A DNA stretch of 64,000 nt from assembly GCA_001662655.1 (NCBI GenBank), contig KV460266.1; one strand, written 5' to 3'. The DNA is from Pseudogymnoascus verrucosus (taxonomy: Eukaryota). A model generated the notes under the pieces. It saw only the letters and a program-made list of their open reading frames with translations, made no database searches and was not told the origin of the DNA. Positions 10,299-22,269 of this stretch are shown one piece after another. Made by a program: the position numbers and the translations under genes. The stretch's first letter is position 1, and each line of letters starts with the position of its first letter.

Positions 10299-13219
10299 AT
10301 GCCTCGCGATCCCCAAATCACGGATCTTGAAACCAAAGTTAAGCATCTAGAAACCAACCTTCGGCGTGCAATTGAACAAATTCAGCGATGTGATTCATGT
10401 CGTCTCAATTGCCAACCTCACTTGGCCGATGCCATCCGTAACACGAGCGATCTCCCACGTCAAGAGCCTCACCAGGTCGANNNNNNNNNNNNNNNNNNNN
10501 NNNNNNNNNNNNNNNNNNNNNNNNNNNNNNNNNNNNNNNNNNNNNNNNNNNNNNNNNNNNNNNNNNNNNNNNNNNNNNNNNNNAGGTCGACAACATCGGC
10601 AACACGTGCGATCTCCCGCGTCAAGAGCCTCACCAGGGTAACTCGAATGACCTTCCGGAGCCTTGTCGAGGTGATGCCATCAACAACTCAAACGATGCCC
10701 TGGGGCTACAATTCGAATTTTACACCCCCAAGCTTACGAAGCCTACGAAGCGGAAATCATTGCAGATATGGAAAACAAATGCAGATGAGCTAGTTGGGAA
10801 GATATCTACAGATCAATCGATAACGAAACATGATGATACGTATTGGAAACATCGTATCAGGTCAATATTATTAGGAGTTTCAGTATGTAATAGGGTTACA
10901 TGGTCTTCGTCCACAGCGGAAAAGTCGTTAAGGGACTTCGCTAGTATCACTAAAGCAACAGGAGAAGTTAGTGTTTTTTCACGACAAGTCTACGCCTTCC
11001 AACAGCTTATATTTGTGTCAGCATGCTTTGTCTGGACAGCTAGTGGGGTCAAAAGGACCAAAGTTAACTCTATAATGCGATTATGTGTCTCTGATTCAAA
11101 GCCCGCTCAACTCCGTCGTTTGCGGAACGGTTCGCAGTGGATCAATGAACAAATCTCCAAGGTGTACGCTACATTAGGGCATCAAGCGACAGAAAAAATA
11201 TTTCAGAGTAAGTTAAATTCTATTACTTGCGAAGAAGTTGTAACTGATGTGTCTTAGGTCCGATGTCCATAAATCAGTACGGTACTTTGGGCCAGTCTCC
11301 GAAGGAATCGAAAAAATACCTCTCCGAGCATCTGGTGTCTGCAAAAGTAACACCTACTTTATCACAAGCATACATTCCGTTGTTTCTTCCATCTTTTGTG
11401 CAAGTCATGCTAGGGGACGATTATACGTAAGCAAAGCTTTACTAAACATTGTCATGTGGCTAATCTATCGGTGCAGCCTACATCAAGTCTGTAAATTGCT
11501 AAATGTCCCCGAATCATTTGTTAATGAGAAAACGATATCACTCTGTCATCAATATGCTACAATTCGGGATGAGCCAGGCGAAGCTTCTCCAGAGTCCCGA
11601 AAACGTACAATGGACGAGCAGCCAGGTTCGAGTGGCAAATCCAAGAAACACAAACATAATGTTGATGATGAGCCATCGACTTCATCGACGCCAACAGAAT
11701 GTCTGTCTGAAGTTGCAGGCGAAATTAAACGTACGACTCAGGAGCGCCCGCAAGGACCTACTTGCGAAGCTAATCATTCTCTGGAAAGTGCGAGTAGTAA
11801 GTCCCAAGCTCAGCAGTCGAGTACCCCGGAAATAAACATTGAGAACTTGGTTTCTGGCCGTCCTGACCTTGGTGGCTCCTCCGGTAATGGTGCTGCGAAT
11901 TCAGGCTTTTCGACGTCTCTAGGTAGCGATCCAACCATATCAAACCATCCTTCAAACGAGCCAAACCGTATGCAACATGTTGCAACGAACCAGATCGCGA
12001 GGAATCTCTGTAAGTAACATACCCTTATTCGAAGTCCTAGATTTCAGATTACTGATTCCCTTTAGCCCTGGAATCGCCAGCGGCGGATCTAGCAGCAGCG
12101 ACTATGTCGCAAACAGGAAGGCTCTATAATTATGCGCCAACTTCCCATGCTTGCGATCTCACTGTTACAGAACACCAACAAAGCACTATTAGTCAATTTC
12201 CAAGCAATTTGGACTTACTTGTGTCTGCTCAGGTTGGGGAACATACGCCTATAACTGCAGAATGGGGATGTCAGAGAGAAAGTATTGGACAGGAGGTCTA
12301 TAATGATGGCGCGTGTGGGGAAAGTTGGGGAATCCAAGAGGACTTTATACGCGGGCGGCCAATGTCTGGGCAAGAGGAACTCACAGGAATGCTTCCGACC
12401 GCGCAAGAGGAGGTAATTCTACCGCCAGAGCAGCAGGAAATGCGTTGGGGAATCCAGGATGAGTTCATACGCAATTGGCCAACGTCTGCGCAGGAGGAGG
12501 GAATTCTACCGGTAGAATCCCTGCTAGAGCAGCAGGAAATGCATTGGGGAATCCAAGATGAGTTCATACGCAATTGGCCAACGTCTGCGCAGGAGGAGGG
12601 AATTCTACCGGTAGAATCCCTGCCAGAGCAGCAGGAAATGCATTGGGGAATCGAAGATGAGTTCATACGCAATTGGCCAACGTCTGCGCAGGAGGAGGGA
12701 ATTCTACCGGTAGAATCCCCGCCAGAGCAGCAGGAAATGCATTGGGGAATCGAAGATGGGTTCATACGCAATTGGCCAACGTCTGCGCAAGAGGAAACCT
12801 GGGCGGATAGCACAGGAATTCTACCACTAGATCAGCAGGAAATCCAAGATAAGTTCATACGCATACGCGATTGGCTAATGTCTGTGCAAGAGGAGGGAAT
12901 TCTACCGCCAGAGCAGCAGGAAATGCGTTGGGGAATCGAAGATGAGTTCATACGCAATTGGCTAACGTCTGCGCAGGAGGAGGGAATTCTACCGGTAGAA
13001 TCCCTGCCAGAGCAGCAGGAAATGCATTGGGGAATCGAAGATGAGTTCATACGCAATTGGCCAACGTCTGCGCAAGAGGAAACCTGGGCGGATACCAATG
13101 GGAATTATACCGCCAGTGTAGCAGCAAATACGTTGGGGAATCCAGGAGGAATTCATACGCCCAAATTCTGGGCAACAGGAATCATAGGCAGAACCAGTGC
13201 TTCTGTAGACGTAATTTAA
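10299..13219 (+). CDS. Large orphan protein: N-terminal coiled coil, 17-aa repeats (across the assembly gap), globular core, C-terminal 33-aa repeats
   Basis: ATG at 10299. Three GTAAG..AG introns (~11208, ~11427, ~12010) keep the frame through ORFs 10760.., 11247.. and 12104..13219. N-gap at 10481-10583. Confidence 0.7.
12320..13100 (+). repeat. Coding 99-bp tandem repeat (EQQEMHWGIEDEFIRNWPTSAQEEGILPVESLP)
   Basis: Unit starts at 12428, 12527, 12626 and 12725, then variant copies to ~13090. Confidence 0.95.
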
Positions 13220-13237
13220 GGAGCAAAAATATATACC

Positions 13238-13628
13238 TCAATTTGTGTTTATAATCACTACTGTCGTATTTTGTAGCAACTGAAGAGAGTCCTCATTCTC
13301 CACACTATGTCCTAATCCATCTCCATCGACTCTGTCCCCTCCAACTTCAAATGCGCCCTTGATGAGAAAAACGACGCACTTCGCCGTAGTTAAACGAACT
13401 TCTCTCGTGTCTTCTTCGGTCCGCTCGGATGTCGCAAATCCTGACAGGCCCAGCTACAAGTGCATAGTATTAGCACAGCTACCTTCTAGTATTCTGGCTA
13501 CTACTTACTTGGGCTTTAACCTCGGCGAAAATAACATTTAATCCCTTTTGGTCAGGTTTCGTAGCCTCAATTTTCGAACGAAGCTCCGTCGATTTCTTGG
13601 GTGTGATAGGGGTTTTGCTGACAGGCAT
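13238..13628 (-). CDS. Small hypothetical protein (~111 aa, 2 exons), absent from the ORF track
   Basis: MPVSKTPITPKKSTELRSKIEATKPDQKGLNVIFAEVKAQ, then a GTAAGT..CTAAT..TAG intron, then LGLSGFATSERTEEDTREVRLTTAKCVVFLIKGAFEVGG...TTVVIINTN*. Confidence 0.65.
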
Positions 13629-14806
13629 TTGATCTAGGTCTGCTTGCAAAATGATATAGCGAAACTAATATGACTTAACACTGTATTTATGCGCACTGGA
13701 GCTATGGTTTGTTTGCAAGAGGTGTTTGAAACTGTGGGTTTCCAGGTGTACGACAGGATGCGCACCCACCTTCTGATGTGTTTAATCTAGCTACTCCGTT
13801 AGCTTTGATGATCGAATACATAAATGTCAATATTACATACTGTAGCTCGAAGCTGATATTGTTGAAAGGTTGTTGGCTTGGGTTGCCGTTTCTGACAAAT
13901 TTGGCTTCGACTTCGATATCGAGGACGACGTTTGAAACATAACCCCACTAGCGACACGTGCGCTTGGGCAGAAACGTTTAGTTTCATGGATCGCCTGACC
14001 GCCTGATCTTTCTGCCTAATCTAGTTGCGTCACGTGTGCAGTGTATTTATCTCATCCACCAGAATTCCGTATGGTCCAAGCCGGTCACTATTATGACCCA
14101 CCTTCGGAACATTGTAATTGCGAATGAGCACTGACAGAATCACAAATAGCTCTCCGGTCATCGTCAAGCATCAACTCTTGCATGGTCGTGCGAGTTTGGG
14201 TCTCGCCAACCACATCCATTTTGAGGGGAAATATGGCCATGCCCTCACGCAAATTTCGACAACTGGCGTCAGTGACTCCTGGATGCACAAACACATCAGA
14301 TGGTTTATCATTGGACCACTCTGAAGCTGTGCCTGCTGGGTATGCAGGAGAGCTTCGTGTGGGCGGCCAATGTGGGAGCCTCGTCGGTGAATGTTGGCCA
14401 CAGCTCCAGGTATAAAGTAGCGACTCCATTTCTGTATCAAGGGATTATTTTACATTTCTTCGCACGCACTGTTTGCTGGAATCGAAGAACGTTCCAACTT
14501 GTGCTTTCATGATCGGAATCTAATTATCGTCGTACATTCCCAGATTGCCTCTCAAACCGAAACAATCGCAACAGCAACCACATAATGACATGCAACCACG
14601 CAAGGGCAGCGAGTCTCTTGCCATCTTTGGAGGCTCCAAGCTCAATTCGGGATTGACTATATGAATCGTTTGAAGAACACCCGCACGCTATTGTTGCCCC
14701 TTCGCTGCATGAAAGCAAACCCGAGTTTGACGATTCCACAAAACCTACTATCCAATCCGTTCATCCCTTACTGTCATTTGAGCCGTTGCCACATGGGCAT
14801 ACGGTC

Positions 14807-16069
14807 ATGGACCAGTATGGCGAGCCAGCCAAACTCGATGTTGTTGCGCAAATACATGGGAAGTTTTTTTTATCTGAGATAGCAACTCATACTGGCGAAA
14901 ACACTATCATGCAGCCGGAGCTCACCTGCTACCGGCGAAACCTCTTCCAGATATCGGGTTCCATCATATGCCCAGCAGGGCCTCTGTCGGTTGACACTGG
15001 CTACGGCGAGTCAATGTCTATTGTGTCGCATGAAATTACGGTATCAGCTACGGAGTCTGTGGAGGGACACAATATCCGACTAGTTGTCATCCCGTGGAAG
15101 ACCCCACCAGCAAATTCCCCAGATCTTCCAGAACAAGAGCCAGTAGCCATACCAATCGACATCCTTGGAAATGAAGACAAGAACAACGAGACTATCTCTC
15201 AACAAATTGCATGGAGTAGGCTCCAGTTCCGTGTTGCAACAGCCAACAATGGTCGCAGGAAAGAAATACAACAACATTTTATATTACGCCTAAAACTAAT
15301 ATCCACGCTAGCCGATGGATCTAGAGTGTGCACAGTCGAATCGGCGACAGCGCCTATGGTGGTACGTGGACGGAGTCCCAGGAACTTCCAAGCCAGGAAA
15401 GAAATACCGCTGGTAGGATCATCAGCTTTACCTAGGGGCCACAATTCTCGCGTATCTCCTTCCCAGAAGAAGGATTCCTTGATTCCCAAAAGACCTGGCA
15501 TTGCAAAGCCAGCAACGATGGGCTTGCTGAAGCGACCTTTCCAGTATGTAGTGTGCACAGTTTGAAAAAACATAATAAAGGATGTGTGCTGACCATATAT
15601 TGATAGCTATCCGCAGTGGAATCAAGCGCAACAGCAATCTAGGCATGCCGCACCTCCAACAACACCGTTTTCACAACCATGGAGTAGCATAGCTGCATAC
15701 AGCAACGAAATTCAAAGATTGCATACTGTTCAAGATCCACCCCCGCTTCACCGACTACCAGAGCAGATCCTGCCGATTGAGTCGTCATCTCAGCATTTAT
15801 ACTCGCCCACGGCTTCGTTATCCGCGCAATTTGACCCTAACCAGCGTCCGATGATATCTCCACGCTACACGGAAGTGCCTCACAACCCGCTCTATCAGCC
15901 TTTTGAATATGCACCAGCTCCTGCGCCATGGTCAATCACCAAAACAGATGGGCCAACCTATGGTGCGGCACTGCATCTGCCACCCCAACAGCCGCCCTAT
16001 CAGACGGAACAAGTTCATGCTAGAGATGACACCCAGAATATCGCATATACATGGAGCGCCGCTGGCTGA
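14807..16069 (+). CDS. NDT80/PhoG-like (p53-like) transcription factor
   Basis: Motifs ELTCYRRNLFQI, WSRLQFRVATANNGRRKEIQQHF and PMVVRGRSPRNF. A GTATGT intron at ~15544-15607 joins ORF 15719..16069. Start uncertain (in-frame stop at 14654). Confidence 0.9.
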
Positions 16070-17004
16070 CTCATATTACGCCGCATTTCAATCATTTATC
16101 TATAAGAAAAACTTTGTACCATAGCGGGTTAGCTATATACTGCCAAATTAGCATTGTGACGTCTGTTATTCGACTTCTTATATAATATCTTCTTGTTCCT
16201 CGCCATTTTCTTGTTCTGATAGGAGGGAAGATAAACATGGGATATACAACTCGGAGACGAGTCTTGGGGTATCTACAGAACAATATATCATTACAAACGA
16301 AGTAACCTACCCTATTGTGGCTCATGAGGCTGGAAACTTGGCCTCTAGTTAGGGAGGTGGTTATCTATCATCTTATTGAACAGCCGGAAGTGAAATCGTC
16401 ATGTAGAAACCAAATATAGCCCCTCACACAATAGTCTAGGTGACAAACGGCCCCACCTGTCAGGTGGACAGCACGAGGAAGATCACTGTCTTCGCGTTTT
16501 AAGCCTGCGGTACCAGGTATCCCCTGATGCAGCGTGGGAATGCCCTTTCCATGCATCAACATAGATGCCGCTATAAAAGGAACTGATGCAGCGTATGTCA
16601 CGCTGATGCTGCATGGCACACCGGTGTAATTTGGGACTTCGTGCTTCCTCATTCAGCCCGCTGCAGAAAAGAACGCAATTGACTCATAGCTGGCTTTCAC
16701 TGTCACCCAATTATTCCCGCTCTTACATGAGTGAGAATTTTAGGTTGTTGGCGACCTTCAGATTCCTTCCTATATAAAGTGCCAAATTCCTACTGTCTTT
16801 CTTCCGTCCTATCCACAGATCTACAGTTCTCATTATTGATTCGACGTCTCAACAAAACTTTATCCTCCCAGATATTGCGTCCAACACACTTCGACGTAAG
16901 TTCCCAGCTAGTGCATTCATGATAGGAATCTAACTATCGTGGAACATCCCTAGACTGCCTCTCAAACCGAAATTTACTCAGAGCCCGATAGTTAAATATA
17001 CAAA

Positions 17005-17202
17005 ATGTGCGAACAACTGATTACTACAACAAAATACAGTGGCTGCCCGCCATCGTGCAACTCAACGTCATTTATCGTGGTGAGATGCCCGACGGCCAGT
17101 AGCACAGGTGTCGAATGTGCAACGAAGAAAGAAACTCCTCTTGCCCAAACTAGAAGCCGTGACCAATGCAATGCCCATAGAGATGAAGGATATTCTAGAT
17201 AG
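17005..17202 (+). CDS. Small Cys-rich protein (65 aa, MC..Y.GC..C..C..C..C..H)
   Basis: ATG-started ORF preceded by TATATAAA (~16771) and a 5'UTR intron GTAAGT..CTAAC..TAG (16896-16953). No signal peptide. Confidence 0.6.
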   Translation: MCEQLITTTKYSGCPPSCNSTSFIVVRCPTASSTGVECATKKETPLAQTRSRDQCNAHRDEGYSR

Positions 17203-17294
17203 GTATGTATCAATGATAACCGATCGACATCGAAGCTTCTGCTTATCATGTCATAGCGCAAGGAGTCTGGATCCGTTCTCACTGCGAGCGAGAC

Positions 17295-18122
17295 TTAGGA
17301 TTGAGGTGTATCGTTTGATGTCTCTGATTTGGGACCTGGGAAAGCAGTCAGTAGTATTGGCGGGTAAACACAAGAATAACAGAACTTACAAAGTTCTTTC
17401 ATTTCCGTCTCAATAAAATCACATACAGTTTGAGCAGAACTGACTTCTCCACGCCAACATTGATTGATAATCTCCCCACATATGATTTCTGCCACACTGG
17501 GAAAATTTTGAGCCTCAAACAGTTCTATAACGTCGTTACTATTCAGCTCTTGAAACGGGTAATGACCAGTGATGATCATATATATTGTAGAGCCAAAGCT
17601 GAACAGATCATCCTTCACAGTCGGCGCACAGCGAAGATCAAGGCCAGGTCGTTCGAACCTAGTCCCTACACATGCTGAAGCACGCGACCCATCAAGTGAA
17701 GAACCACTGAAGTCAGCAATTTTGAGACCAAGGCCTGCATCCAGCAAGAAATTTTTTGGCTCAACGTCACAATGTATAATGTTCTTGGAATGTAGAAGTT
17801 GTAGTCCCTCTGCAGCCTCCATAATCCATTGAAGGCGTTGACATGCCGATATCTTGTCGTTATTCGCCAATATATAATCCTTAAGGCAGCCGTTAGGCAT
17901 GTATTCCATAGTAAGGGAGCAGTCATCCGAGCTCCAATTAATTATCTTCACTAGACGTGGATGAGGCCCCAATATTTTGTATATATTGTATTCTGCCGTC
18001 AAGTCTCCGCGACACTTCTCTGCTCGCAAACCAGGCCATGGTATTTTAATCACATCACCGGACGGCAAACGTTGTACCAGCCCTGATACTCCGCCTGATA
18101 TTGTTTCGCCTTTCGAGTCCAT
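17295..18122 (-). CDS. Protein kinase (compact, non-RD, accessory fungal type)
   Basis: Motifs ISGGVSGLV, VIK, HPRLVK, MEYMPNG, IIHCDVEPKNFLLD, IADFSGS and DLFSFGS. Confidence 0.9.
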   Translation of the reverse strand: MDSKGETISGGVSGLVQRLPSGDVIKIPWPGLRAEKCRGDLTAEYNIYKILGPHPRLVKIINWSSDDCSLTMEYMPNGCLKDYILANNDKISACQRLQWIMEAAEGLQLLHSKNIIHCDVEPKNFLLDAGLGLKIADFSGSSLDGSRASACVGTRFERPGLDLRCAPTVKDDLFSFGSTIYMIITGHYPFQELNSNDVIELFEAQNFPSVAEIICGEIINQCWRGEVSSAQTVCDFIETEMKELCKFCYSCVYPPILLTAFPGPKSETSNDTPQS

Positions 18123-18860
18123 AGAGACGTACTCGTCAATCTTTGTCAATGAAGCTCCCTAGGTTTCAACTTAGCTTGGTCCTCTATACAGTGAAATGTT
18201 TTGAGATTGAACATTTAAAGTGAAGGATATACTGACCGCTTCTTTATCGGAAGCATCTTGCCCCCTCTCAATGTCCTTCCTCGTTGCTCTACTGACCCAT
18301 TGAAAGCTGAAAAACCAGATGGTCGTGCCGAGAATTTGACCTGTTCGACTCAAAAACCACAGGAATCCCCAAGAAACCCTGCAGTCGAGATACATGCGTC
18401 CCCAGCTCATAGGAGCGAAGTGAGGTAAGCTAGCTGGGCGTCGTCTCGTAGAAAGTCGAATATTTCTTAGACCGTCACGGATATTAGAAGCTGAAGGCAA
18501 TTCTTTGGTCTGGTAGTACTGAGGAATGGTGGGAAGCCTGAGCATGTCCGTAAAGGCAGTACCCATCTCTCCACGGACCTGCAATTACAATGTTCCGTAG
18601 TACACCGTTTTTGGCCAAATACCTAAACGTGGCACGTGATTACCCGAGATATGACTTATGTAATCGTGAATTTGGGCACAGCAAAACTTTGATGATATAA
18701 TATGGACCCTGCATCATACTATAGATTTGTATTGTACTAATTGCGTAGTTGTTGTTTATTACTGTTTATTTGTGGCTTGTCCTAGAATCGAGATATGAGA
18801 CCACGCCACGTTTATAAAGCCACGAAAGCCCCTGTCTGGGGGCTCAACCGTAGGTTCCAG

Positions 18861-19789
18861 TTAGTAGTTCCAGTGCTCTTTGTTGGGAGGGTGCTCCCCG
18901 CCATTGAACTCAAGCCATCGCTCAGCATTGGTCTCGCCAAGTGTGACGTCTCCTTTGTAGACACCAGCTGCCCATGCCATTTCTTCCTCCCATTGGTGGC
19001 TCGGATTAGAGCGCTGTCTTTCTTCGTGTAGCCATTCTTGCCGAAGGCATGCCGCGTCTTGAAAAGAAACCGGTGTCGTAGGCGAGGGTACGTTTGAACT
19101 TGGAGCACCGAGGGAGGTTTCCTCCATGGTTGCCAGATCTTGCACTGAGTTAGAACGTCGACGACGTTTCCGGGATCGTTGATGCTCATCTTCTCGCGAT
19201 GAGTCTGTGTCTGCCTCCCGTACACTGTCTTCCGGTCTACCGCGTTTCTTGGGACTAGCATTTCGAGACTTGTATGTCCTCGAAACTAGATCCTCGCACT
19301 GCTCTGCCGACGCGAAGAAAGCTGCCATCTCTGCCCCATCTGCCTTGTTTATCATCGTGCTTAATCGCAGGCGTCGTTGTATCCCGCAGGGTTGACAAAT
19401 TAGGACGAGTGCTTCCCCCACGGAATCGTATCAATCAGGCCTCTGTGAACATTGGTTGTAACAAGATAACTGCTTGTTAATTAGTATATGGCCGATAAAC
19501 TCAGTAAGGACTGCACTTGCAAGGACTGTTCCCCCTCAACGACGCGAAAGCATTCCAAGTCGGCATTCTTCAACTCCGGTTCCGATTCGCGATAGTCGCA
19601 GTCAACAAGGACATGGCACCGGGCCCTCTCTTTCAGTATCTCCCCTTGGGTGTGTAGAAAGTCCCTCTCAAAGTCGAAGCTGCGATTTAATGATCTTAAG
19701 CAAGCTGCCGTAGCGACAACAACTGGCTTTTTGGTAGGCTCTCCTAGGACTCGGTCTGTCCGAAATTGGATAAAGATGCGGCGAGTCAT
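18861..19789 (-). CDS. Hypothetical protein (spliced, exon structure unresolved)
   Basis: Collinear ORFs 19481..19789 and 18861..19421 with splice-like signals between them; basic NLS-like RSRKRRRR. Confidence 0.4.
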
Positions 19790-20182
19790 GATTCATATGG
19801 GTTAATTGCTGAGTGTTGTATCGACTCATCCAGAGTTACACGGGCTGTTGAAATGATTGTGTAAGTGTTAGGTGAGGGTAAGTTGTTCAACCGCCAAATA
19901 TCTCGGGGTTATAGTTTCCCCGCATGCCGGGGCATTGCCACTATTGGTCCAATGCAGCTAAGGAGGACCAAAAACAACCTAACTCCATCTGCCAGTCCAC
20001 ACGAGATGACGTGTGGAGCCTTATCATATGCCACATGACACGCGTACAGTACTTCGGTATACACGCGCTTGCCAAGCATGGCTGTTGTTCGCCAGACCAA
20101 AATAACAATTTAAGCGAATCAACAACACATGACTCTCCTCCATCATACAACACATCACGACAGCCTCTTGTAGCCTTGAGGC

Positions 20183-21840
20183 ATGCCGACGCGACAGAGA
20201 GTTAACGATACCAACAGCGACGAACCCCGTAATGATATCAATTACAGGATCGGCCTGCGCGACAATCGCAAGCGGAAACGCGAGTTTAGGCCGCCATTAG
20301 GCACTGTTGACAACGAATCCACATACACACACCGGCCGCCATCATCGAAACGTCAAAGAGTGGCTATCGGCGATAGCTATCCTAGAACAAAAGTCGCTCC
20401 TCGGCTAGATACCATTCTAAGGGCTCTGCGGTGTGATGCGCTCTCTTCGTACGTCTCCGACTTCCAGAATCAGTTCCGACTTGGAATTACGCACTAATGA
20501 GGGAACGACAGCATACACCCGGCAGCATATGTACGCGACAACCGCATCATCATCCCCTCTGTATCTACACAAATATATGAGTGCGCTCGATTGAAAATTC
20601 CCGTCATCACAGGCTCGAAACGCATCCGTCTAGAACATTCATCGTCGAAAGCTTCCTCGAAAAAATGCGAGCTCATCATCACGATGCCAACGAAGATCCA
20701 CGAAGTCATGAAGGCGCTTACATCGGACATAAAAGACCAGATGTTTGCACGAGACTCTTCTGGTCGAGCATTTGTACCTGCCACGTGGCAAAAGGATCGG
20801 GTTCTTGAGACGGGATCGTCAAGTCAGTCGTGCCATACTTACCTTTCTTGATAAAAGGCTGACTAGTGGTTGCGAACACAGCTTTATCTTTAGCCTACAA
20901 CGGGAGAACATTTAAATTCGAACCTGATTCATCGTTAGCATTCGAGCCGAATAATCCATTCCTCGTGCTTGAGGTAGCAGTCACGCAAGATCCGGTAGCT
21001 GTGAAAAAGAAGGCCCACGATTATATCAGAGGCTCTCGTGGAAAGGTTGCTTTTGTGGTGGTGATCATAGTCAGACGTCTGAGACGGCGCAGAGAAGAGC
21101 AGGCTGGAGACCAGGGCAATGCGAATATTATGGATGGGCATAACGATTTCACTGGCCAAGCTACGAATTCGAGGCTTAAAGTCAGGCAACATGGGAACGA
21201 CGAACAAAGCGAGCCGCCTGATCATAGCCAAGCACGAGAATCAACGAGCCCAATATCCACACTCACGGATCCCCCATCCGATTTGTCCAGATGGAGTGTC
21301 TTCCCCGAAAGAAATTTGCCAGCTAAGCAAGTCAGCCTACCCAGCACTAGTTTACATGGCACAGAAAACTCAGGCATCTCACTCCCACCCCTCCTGTACG
21401 AATGTCTCGACACCAACGATATTTTAAACCCCAACGATACTGTGCACGTTAGCGTTTTCAAATCCGCCACTGTCCCGTCCAGCACGCCAGCTACTGCCCA
21501 GCAGACATTTTGCACAGTGCAGCCACTGATTGAAGAAGTCGAAGTCTATCCACGCAACACAAATGCTTCATTTACTCTTGCATGGACTGATATCGCAAAG
21601 ACTGCACCTTCTGGGGGGAGGCCGAGTCTGCATATCAGTCTCAAACCCTTGAGCCGCCTGGCGCAGAGACTGACTGGGGATGGCCGCGCTGAATGGGGTG
21701 ATGACGGGTTCAGCCCACTGTCTAGCGGGGTTGAGGAGTATCTTGTCACCAGCTCGAGCGTTGAGATTGATCATGAGAGAAGTGGTGGGACGGTGCCTTC
21801 TTCGGTGGAGAAGCGTCAGGACCCCAACTTCAGTCTATGA
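20183..21840 (+). CDS. PD-(D/E)XK restriction-endonuclease-like protein (3 exons)
   Basis: MPTKIHE...FEPDSS...PFLVLEVAVTQ...KKKAHDYI.GS.G.V..VVVI matches the Uma2-like fungal nuclease-fold pattern. Two GT-AG introns join the three ORFs in frame. Confidence 0.7.
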
Positions 21841-22269
21841 GGTATGGCCTTTTAAGCTTTCGAATCTGATAATCCAACAAAGGACGGAAACGGAACTGGT
21901 CTCACGAGGAAGGGAAGCATAGGACTGAGCTGACGAGGTTGGTGGGCAAAGGGGATTGTACGATACAGACGAAGTCCTAATTTAGGACGTGGGGAATTCA
22001 AGAGATATCAGTAAATGGAGCAGTACGAGGTCGATGTAGAGTATGATGGGGATGAGGGGATTATGGGGTCGTTGGATGGGATCTGAGAAGGATGACGCGT
22101 TTGAGTCAAGAGACTGTTTGAATGAATGATGGCGGTAGAAGCGACGTCAGCCTTTCAGCAAATTTTATAATTCGTCTACCTAGGCCCTCAGGGATTCACT
22201 GCGCATCCTGCCACGCCACCGGTCCTGCCGGTAGGGGCTTTCTAGTCGTTCCGTAGCAATGCGTTCACA

